NCBI RefSeq assembly: GCF_028368995.1
Contig: NZ_JAQNDL010000005.1
Coordinates: 64,001 to 128,000 of the forward strand
Direction: 5' to 3'
From: Nannocystis bainbridge
GTDB taxonomy: Bacteria > Myxococcota_A > Polyangia > Nannocystales > Nannocystaceae
Length of the DNA: 64,000 nt
The position numbers were made by a program, and so were the translations under genes. How positions within the stretch are numbered: position 1 is the first letter of the stretch; each line of letters opens with the position of its first letter. Below are positions 57,177-64,000 of the stretch, in pieces. A model generated the notes under the pieces. The model had not been told where the DNA came from and did not search any database. It was given only the letters and a program-made list of their open reading frames with translations.

Positions 57177-58094
57177 ATGATCGTCACCAGCCCGGCGGAC
57201 TTTCTGGCCGCCCTCCCCGAGCAGATCGAGGCCCGCGGCGCGTGGGGCAAGCCGACCATGTCGGCCGCGCTCGTCGTCAGCCCGATCGGCTTCCGGATCA
57301 GCCCCGAGCCGACCGACAACGCCTACATGCAGTCGGGCGAGATCGACCCGGAACGCGCGTTCGCCCAGCACCACGGCCTCGTCCGGGCCCTCGGCGCCTG
57401 CGGCCTCCCGGTCCTCGTCGTCCCCGGCCGCGACGGCCTCGACGACGCGGTGTTCCCCAACAACGCCTTCGCCACCATCCCCGACCGCCTGATCGTCGGC
57501 TCGATGCGTCACCCCGTCCGCCGCGCCGAGGCCGCCCGCGACGACGTGCGCGACCTCTTCACCTGGACTTTCGGACATGCCCTCACGGACCTGTCCCAGA
57601 AGCCAGGCGTGTCCGAGCTGACCGGCCCGCTGGTGATCGACCGCCGCCGCGGCATCGGCCTGTGCGGCCTCAGCCAGCGCGCCGACGAGCTCGGGTGCGC
57701 CGCCATGCACGCCGCCTTCGGCCTGCGCCTGACGTTCCGCTTCGCCCTCCAGCCGGACGAGTACCACACCAACGTCGTGCTCGCGGTGCTGGCCGGGCGG
57801 GCCTGCGTGGTCCACCCGGGCTCGTTCGCCGACCCCGAGGTCCCGGCCGCGATCGCGCGCGCCTACGAAGGCCGCACGCTCGAGCTCGACGACGCGGAGA
57901 AGCAGGCGTTCGCCGCCAACTGCATCGCCGTCGGCGAGCGCGACCTGCTGCTCAGCGCCACCGCCCACCGCGCGCTCCGCCCGGCCTCGCGCGCCGCGCT
58001 CGAGGGCTGGGATTTCCGCCTGCACCCGGTCGAGGTCGACGAGTTCGAAAAAGCCGGCGGCAGCCTGCGCTGCATGATCGCCGAGATCTTCTAA
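57177..58094 (+). CDS. Amidinotransferase / arginine deiminase-related hydrolase (CtlX-like)
   Basis: DAVFPNN, YHTNV, C-terminal GGSLRCMIAEIF. Confidence 0.85.
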   Translation: MIVTSPADFLAALPEQIEARGAWGKPTMSAALVVSPIGFRISPEPTDNAYMQSGEIDPERAFAQHHGLVRALGACGLPVLVVPGRDGLDDAVFPNNAFATIPDRLIVGSMRHPVRRAEAARDDVRDLFTWTFGHALTDLSQKPGVSELTGPLVIDRRRGIGLCGLSQRADELGCAAMHAAFGLRLTFRFALQPDEYHTNVVLAVLAGRACVVHPGSFADPEVPAAIARAYEGRTLELDDAEKQAFAANCIAVGERDLLLSATAHRALRPASRAALEGWDFRLHPVEVDEFEKAGGSLRCMIAEIF

Positions 58095-58101
58095 AAAGCG
58101 G

Positions 58102-58275
58102 GCGGCCCCGAGACCTGTCTTTCGGGACATCCATCATCCCGCCTGGTCCGCGGGACCGTCGGGTTTCTCGACCTGCCTCTCGGGACATGCCGACCGCCCT
58201 CCGTGACATGACTCTCGGGACAGGCGACAGCCTCGACATCTTCGCCCCTCCGCGACCTGCACTTTCAGACATGTG
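58102..58275. repeat. Cluster of about 7 14-bp palindrome units
   Basis: Units at 58102, 58116 (TGTCTTTCGGGACA), 58144, 58174, 58195, 58209 and 58258. Confidence 0.8.
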
Positions 58276-58396
58276 ACGTCGGCGCACGCCGACCGGGCCC
58301 TGCCGGCGACATCGGTGAGCGCCGGTCCGCAGCCGCGAGCCTCGCGCGAGCGCGCCCGGCCATGCGCCCGCGGGCCGCTGCTAGACTCGCCGCGCC

Positions 58397-59656
58397 ATGC
58401 GGACGCTCTCGATCTCCTTGCTGCTGCTGCTGCCCCTCGCCTGCACCGGCGGCGACCCCGGCGACACCGACGCCTCGTCGACCACCACCACGACGGCCAC
58501 GTCCACCGCTGCGACCGAGACCTCGGACCCGACCAGCACCACGAGCACCACCGGCACCTCGGCGGAAGTCACCGACACCGACGCCCCCACGACCGCGGAG
58601 CTCACGACCTCCACCAGCACCACCGGCCCCGTCGAGCCGACCGGCACCACCGGCACGAGCGACGACAACACCACCGGCGAGCCCGTGGAGCCGCCCGCGA
58701 TCCATTACGTCGGCCGCCACGACGCCAGCGATCCCGCCGCCATTCGCATGGGTTGGTCCGGCGCCGGCGCCGTGGTCCGCTTCGAAGGCACCGACCTCCA
58801 CGTGAACCTCGACGACAACGGGCGGTGGTTCACCGTCGTCGTCGACGGCGAGGTCCAGCCGCCCCTGGCCACCCAGCCCGGCGCGAACACCTACCCGCTC
58901 GTCACCGGCCTCACGCCCGGCGAGCACACCGTCGAGCTCTACCGCCGCACCGAGGGCTCGTTCGGAGTCACAAAGCTGCTCGGCTTCGACATCACCGGCG
59001 AGCTGCTCGCCCCGCCGCCGGTGACGCGGCGGATCCAGGTCATCGGCGACTCGATCTCCTGCGGCTACGGCAACGAAGGCGTGTCTCCGTGCAACTTCAG
59101 CGCCGAGACCGAGAATCACTACCTCACCTACGGCGCGATCGCGGCCCGGGCCGTCGGCGCCGAGCTCCACACCATCGCCTGGTCGGGCAAGGGCATGGTC
59201 AACAACTACGGCGACGACGTGTTCGAGCCGATGCCGCAGATCTACGACCGCACGGTCGCCGGCGACAAGGACACGCTGTGGGATCACGCGCAGTGGCAGC
59301 CCGACGTCGTCGTCATCAACCTCGGCACCAACGACTTCAGCACCGACAAGGACCCGGCAGAGAACGTGTTCGTGCCCGCCTACGTCGCCTTCTTGACCCA
59401 CCTGCGCGAGGTCTACCCCGACGCCTTCATCCTCCCGGTCGCCCCGCTGCTGTGGGGCAACGAGGCGACCATGGTCGCCGGCTACTTGCAGAGCGTCGTC
59501 GACCAGCGCCACCAGGCGGGCGACCTGGATGTCGCCTTCGTCGACATCAACGCCATGGCGATCGGCATCGGCTGCGACGGTCACCCGAGCGTCGCCACCC
59601 ACGCGGCCATGGGTCAGAAGCTGGCCGACGCGCTCGGCGAGCAGCTCGGCTGGTGA
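58397..59656 (+). CDS. SGNH/GDSL esterase lipoprotein (CE2 acetylxylan esterase-like)
   Basis: PLAC lipobox, Thr stalk, RRTE, IGDSISCGYG, INLGTNDF, DGHP. Confidence 0.9.
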   Translation: MRTLSISLLLLLPLACTGGDPGDTDASSTTTTTATSTAATETSDPTSTTSTTGTSAEVTDTDAPTTAELTTSTSTTGPVEPTGTTGTSDDNTTGEPVEPPAIHYVGRHDASDPAAIRMGWSGAGAVVRFEGTDLHVNLDDNGRWFTVVVDGEVQPPLATQPGANTYPLVTGLTPGEHTVELYRRTEGSFGVTKLLGFDITGELLAPPPVTRRIQVIGDSISCGYGNEGVSPCNFSAETENHYLTYGAIAARAVGAELHTIAWSGKGMVNNYGDDVFEPMPQIYDRTVAGDKDTLWDHAQWQPDVVVINLGTNDFSTDKDPAENVFVPAYVAFLTHLREVYPDAFILPVAPLLWGNEATMVAGYLQSVVDQRHQAGDLDVAFVDINAMAIGIGCDGHPSVATHAAMGQKLADALGEQLGW

Positions 59657-59672
59657 ACCGCCCGGCGGCCCG

Positions 59673-61118
59673 CTACGACGCCACCGAAAGGCTGCGCCCG
59701 CGGATGTCCTCGACCAGCGCCCCCGGCAATTGCTTCGTGCGCGAGAACTCGCGCATGTGGCGGATCGGCAGCTCGCCGAGCGACGCGATCGTCTGCTCGC
59801 CGATCTTCTCGACGTACTTGCGCGGGGCGAACGCGATCAGTTCGTCGCCGCCCGCGGGCGTCTGCGCCAGCACCTCGAGCAGCGCGTCGAGCGAGTTCAT
59901 CTTCATGAACGGGCAGGTCGCGCAGCCGCCCGCGGTCGAGCAGCCCTCGCCGCCGGCCACGCCCGGCACCAGCGGCAGGTGCACGTCGCCGGTCGCCACC
60001 ACCGCGGCGTCGGCCACCGGGAACACGATCTCGACCTCGACCGGGCGCGGCAGCGTCTGCAGCAGCGCTCGCACCTGGTGGACGATCGCCGTCACCATGC
60101 CCGCCTCGGTCCCGAGCACGAACTGCAGGCGCACCGGTGACCTGTCCCCGGGGACAGCCCCGACCCGCTTCACCTCGGCGGCGATGTAGTCGAGGATGTT
60201 CGAAGTCGACCCGACCACCCCGCGACCGTGACGCTGGGCCTCCAGCGCCAGCGCGAACATCTCGCCCGGCACCTCGAGGTGGGCCGTGACGTGGGCGTCC
60301 GCGTAGTCGTCCTGGACCCGCCGCACCACCTCGCCGCCGAACATGTGGTGGACGATGCACGAGCCCTGCTCGAAGTGATGGAACCGGGGCAGCAGCGCCC
60401 GCACGCTGGCGGCGTCGTGGCCCGGGTGGAGCGCGCGCACGGCCGCGTCGTCCATGCCCGCCAGGCTCGACAGCAGCGCCCGCAGGTTCTCGCCCATGTA
60501 CGTGTCGGGCCCGAACCACACGTGGCCCTCGGGCACCTGCGCGAACGCCTGCAGCACCGTCTGGATCACGTTCGACGAGGTGCAGGTGATCGTCGGCACC
60601 AGCGATTGCGCGTACGCCTTGGTCCGCAGGCTGGTGTTGATATAGACGACGTGCAGCGAGTCGGGCGTCTGCGACGCGCGTCGCAGGTAGGCCGCGTAGG
60701 CCGGCGCCTCGGCGGCCGCCGCCAGCGAGCAGCCGATCGGCTCTTGCGACACGCGGTAGACCGGCACGTGCTCGAACCCCGCGGCGTCCATCACCGCGCG
60801 CACGTTCTCGGACATGAAGTCGACCCCGAGCACGATGATCGCCCGCGCACCCTCGCGGGCCATCTGCAGCGCCCGGTCGGCCATCACCAGCGAGTCCGAG
60901 ATGTGGATGTGCGGCCAATCGCAGGCGAACAGCACGCCCTGCAATTCGGCGTCCATGTAGAAGTGGGCCACGATCCCCGCGCCGCTGGCCTCGAGCAGCT
61001 CGCGCAGCCGCCGCACGGTGGCCGGATCGGGGTCGAGGAACGCCGCCTGGGCCTCCGCAAAGGCCCCCTGGGCGGTCGCGCCGCCGGCGCTGAGCACGAG
61101 CGAAGGGAACGGCTGCAT
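59673..61118 (-). CDS. nadA: Quinolinate synthase NadA (long, plant-like type)
   Basis: AHFYM, DSL, GVDFMSE, GCSLA, YINTS, CTSSN, GPDTYMG, CIVH, AHLE, GST, GTE, CPFMK. Confidence 0.9.
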   Translation of the reverse strand: MQPFPSLVLSAGGATAQGAFAEAQAAFLDPDPATVRRLRELLEASGAGIVAHFYMDAELQGVLFACDWPHIHISDSLVMADRALQMAREGARAIIVLGVDFMSENVRAVMDAAGFEHVPVYRVSQEPIGCSLAAAAEAPAYAAYLRRASQTPDSLHVVYINTSLRTKAYAQSLVPTITCTSSNVIQTVLQAFAQVPEGHVWFGPDTYMGENLRALLSSLAGMDDAAVRALHPGHDAASVRALLPRFHHFEQGSCIVHHMFGGEVVRRVQDDYADAHVTAHLEVPGEMFALALEAQRHGRGVVGSTSNILDYIAAEVKRVGAVPGDRSPVRLQFVLGTEAGMVTAIVHQVRALLQTLPRPVEVEIVFPVADAAVVATGDVHLPLVPGVAGGEGCSTAGGCATCPFMKMNSLDALLEVLAQTPAGGDELIAFAPRKYVEKIGEQTIASLGELPIRHMREFSRTKQLPGALVEDIRGRSLSVAS

Positions 61119-61257
61119 CGCCGCAAAGCCTAGTGCCCGGGCCCCCCTGTTTCAACCGCCGCACGCACGATTCGGCCACCACCTGCACCGCGAGAATTCA
61201 CGCCACCTCACGCGCATCGGCCCTCGCCCGCACGCCGGGCTCGGCTAGCGTCCGGCC

Positions 61258-63180
61258 ATGGAACGCCTCCGCGCCCCCGAGCTGGAACCCGCCCGTGCCT
61301 GGCTCGGCACCACCCGCCCGCTGCGGCTCCGCGAGCTCCGCGGCCACGTCGTCGTGCTCGATTTCTGGACGTCGTGCTGCGTGAACTGCATGCACGTGCT
61401 GCCGATCTTGCGGGACCTCGAGCGCCGCCACGCGGGCCGGCCGGTCGTCGTGATCGGCGTGCACTCGGCCAAGTTCCCCGGCGAGGCCGCGCCCGAGCGG
61501 GTCGCCGACGCGATCGCGCGCCACGACGTGCACCACCCGGTGGTCGTCGACGACGGCCTGGCGATCTGGGAGCGCTACGCGATCCGCTCGTGGCCGACCC
61601 TCGTGGTCATCCGGCCCGACGGCACCATCGCCGCGGTCGCGCCCGGCGAGCCCGATCCCGCCGCCCTCGACACCCTCGTGCGCGGGCTCCTGGCCGAGGC
61701 CGAGGCCCACGGCACCCTCGCCGCCGCGCCGCTGACGATCCCGCGCGGCGACCCGCCACCTCCGCGTCCGCTGGCCTTCCCGGGCAAGCTCGCGGTCGCC
61801 GACGACGGCCGGATCGCCGTCGCCGACTCCGGGCATCACCGCGTCCTCGTGCTCGCGCCCGACGGCGAGGTCCTCGTCACCATCGGCTCCGGCCGTCGCG
61901 GCCAGCAGGACGGCCCGTTCGCCGAAGTCCGCCTCGACGACCCGCAGGGCCTCGCCTGGGCCGAAGACGGCGCGCTGTGGATCTGCGACGCCCGGGCCCA
62001 CACCGTCGCCCGCGCCGATCTCTCGGCTGGCCGTTTGCACACGGTCGCCGGGACAGGTTCCATGGGACATGTCCCGATCGCCAGCCCCGCGCCGGCCCGC
62101 GCCACCGCCCTGCGCTCGCCGTGGGACGTCGCGCTCGTCGGCGAGCGGGCGCTCGTGTGCCTGGCCGGCTCGCACCAGCTCGCCGCGCTCACCCCGTCCG
62201 CCGATGGCGGCTGGACCGTCGCCATGCTGGCCGGCGACGGCCGCGAGGCCCTTGTCGACGGGGCGCCGCGCGAGGCCTGCTTCGCCCAGCCGTCCGGCTT
62301 CGCCCGCGCCGGCGACCGGCTGTGGATCGCCGACAGCGAGACCTCGGCGATCCGCGAGCTCGACCTGTCGACCGGCGACACGCGCACCCTCGTCGGCCAG
62401 GGCCTGTTCGACTGGGGCGCCGAGGACGGCCCGTTCGCCGCCGCCAGCCTGCAGCACCCGCTCGCCGTCGCCGTCACCACGAACGGCGACCTCGTGGTGG
62501 CCGACACCTTCAACGATCGCCTGCGCCGGCTCGACCGCCGCGCCGGCCAGGTCACGACCCTGTCTCTCGGGACAGGTGATGAGTCCCTGCGCGAACCCGG
62601 CGGCCTCGCCGTGCTGGCCGACGGCGACCTGCTCGTCGCCGACACCGGCCACCACCGCCTGGTCCGCCTCGCCAGCGACGGCCGCTTCAAGGCCGAGCTC
62701 GCGGTCCGCGGCGCCCCGCCGATGCCGACCCCCGCCGACGAGCCGCCCCCCTCGCTCGCCGCCGCCCCGGCCTCGCGGTGGTTCGACCTCGTGCTCGCCC
62801 AGGCGCCGAACCTGGCCCCCGGGCGCGCGCGCGGCCAGCTGCGCCTGCTCGCCCCGGAGGGCTGGAAGTTCAACGACGGCGCCCCGCAGCGGCTCGCGCT
62901 CGAGGTCTCGCGCCGCTCCGATCTGGTGACAACCACCGACCGCATCTCGCTTCCGGGACAGGGCCGATCCGACATGTCCTTCGAGATCGACCTCGAGGTC
63001 GCCGAACTCCCGACATCGGAGGTCCGCAGCGAGCTCCTCGTGCGCGTCGACGCCGTGCTGTGCGGCGGCGACCCGGAGGTGTGCGCGCCCTCGCAGGCGT
63101 GGCTGCGGATCCCGCTGCTGCTCACGCAGGCCGGCGATTCGGCGTTCACCGTCGATCTGACCCTGGCGACGCCCGTCTGA
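61258..63180 (+). CDS. Thioredoxin-like plus NHL repeat protein (NHLRC2/SOQ1-like)
   Basis: LDFWTSCCVNCMH, GVHSAKF, WPT, NHL repeats (FPGK, ADSGHHR, PQGL, SPWD, AQPSG, ADSETS, LQHPL). Confidence 0.9.
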   Translation: MERLRAPELEPARAWLGTTRPLRLRELRGHVVVLDFWTSCCVNCMHVLPILRDLERRHAGRPVVVIGVHSAKFPGEAAPERVADAIARHDVHHPVVVDDGLAIWERYAIRSWPTLVVIRPDGTIAAVAPGEPDPAALDTLVRGLLAEAEAHGTLAAAPLTIPRGDPPPPRPLAFPGKLAVADDGRIAVADSGHHRVLVLAPDGEVLVTIGSGRRGQQDGPFAEVRLDDPQGLAWAEDGALWICDARAHTVARADLSAGRLHTVAGTGSMGHVPIASPAPARATALRSPWDVALVGERALVCLAGSHQLAALTPSADGGWTVAMLAGDGREALVDGAPREACFAQPSGFARAGDRLWIADSETSAIRELDLSTGDTRTLVGQGLFDWGAEDGPFAAASLQHPLAVAVTTNGDLVVADTFNDRLRRLDRRAGQVTTLSLGTGDESLREPGGLAVLADGDLLVADTGHHRLVRLASDGRFKAELAVRGAPPMPTPADEPPPSLAAAPASRWFDLVLAQAPNLAPGRARGQLRLLAPEGWKFNDGAPQRLALEVSRRSDLVTTTDRISLPGQGRSDMSFEIDLEVAELPTSEVRSELLVRVDAVLCGGDPEVCAPSQAWLRIPLLLTQAGDSAFTVDLTLATPV

Positions 63181-63251
63181 GCGATCTCGCATCCCCCGCA
63201 CGGCGCGTCGCCCGGTGCGCCGGCCGGATCGCGGTGCTATGGCTTTGCGGG

Positions 63252-64000
63252 ATGTCCCGCCGCCTGCTGCTCCTGGCCCTCACGAGCGCCGCCTGCTTCT
63301 CCGACGATCCCCCGCAGCTCACCGCGACCGTCACGGGCGACGACAGCAGCACCACCAGCACCGGCGCGCCCGTCACCACCGAAGTCGCGCCGACGACCAC
63401 GACCACCGGCGACGACACGACCTCGACTTCGGCCACCGGCACCACCGAGCCGGCCACGCCGACGACGTCGAGCACCACCGGCGAGACGGACACCACCAGC
63501 GACACCGACACCACCGGCGGCCCCGTGGTCGACCCGTGCAAGTTCGAGACCCCCGTCTGCCCCGCCGGCCCGAGCGGCACCCAGGGCAGCGGCCAGGAGC
63601 CGCTCGACCGCTGCAACTTCCCGCTCACCCGCGCGCCCGAGTGGGACAACCTCGGCCCGCTCGCCGACGCCCTCGCCGAGGCGTTGCCGACCTGGACGAT
63701 GGTCGACATCCTGGCCGACCTCAACAACACCGCCCTGTCCGCGGACGCGGTCCCGGGCGACGTCGAGGCGCTCGAGCTGGCGTTCCGCTGGGACAACGAA
63801 GACTTCAACAAGTACTGGTGGATCCCGCAAGGCCTCACGGGCAGCGCCGACGCCCGCGACGACGGCCGACTCGACGGCCGCGAGGTCGCGCTGATCGGCT
63901 GGTGGTTCGACAAGGAGCTCGCCAACGTCTCGTTCGAAAAGGGCGTGCGCGTGACCCTGGTCGACGTCACCGACGCTTCCGAATTGCGCCTGCGCCACAT
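63252..64000 (+). CDS. Lipoprotein with Thr-rich stalk, 3'-partial
   Basis: Not in the ORF track because it has no stop in the window. MSRRLLLLALTSAAC lipobox, Thr linker, then WWIPQGLTGSADA...KGVRVTLVD. Confidence 0.8.
   Translation, partial: MSRRLLLLALTSAACFSDDPPQLTATVTGDDSSTTSTGAPVTTEVAPTTTTTGDDTTSTSATGTTEPATPTTSSTTGETDTTSDTDTTGGPVVDPCKFETPVCPAGPSGTQGSGQEPLDRCNFPLTRAPEWDNLGPLADALAEALPTWTMVDILADLNNTALSADAVPGDVEALELAFRWDNEDFNKYWWIPQGLTGSADARDDGRLDGREVALIGWWFDKELANVSFEKGVRVTLVDVTDASELRLRH

Overview
High-GC window, most likely from a Nannocystis-like myxobacterium. This is inferred from the gene repertoire: many Thr-rich lipoproteins, ECF sigma factors, a Ser/Thr kinase, a CHAT protease and a PAS-STAS protein. 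It begins with a complete minus-strand rRNA operon (16S, tRNA-Ile, tRNA-Ala, 23S, 5S), followed by about 40 CDSs. These include two cyclophilin lipoproteins, Lon, a pseudo-kinase/hybrid-kinase pair, an N-terminally truncated type ISP-like adenine methyltransferase, a GT2/DUF2304/YfhO glycosylation module, an ECF sigma/anti-sigma/CHAT/trypsin cassette, a plant-type NadA and an NHLRC2/SOQ1-like protein. The most striking signal is not a gene. A 14-bp degenerate palindrome, TGYCY-N4-RGRCA (best form TGTCC-N4-GGACA), recurs dozens of times. It forms exactly phased 14-bp tandem arrays of 3-7 units, mostly at 3' ends and convergent gene junctions, and is also written into coding sequences against normal codon usage. 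Other signals are widespread TANNNT boxes 6-9 nt before start codons (probable leaderless transcripts) and several enzymes that have lost catalytic residues. All coordinates and motif counts were read by eye.
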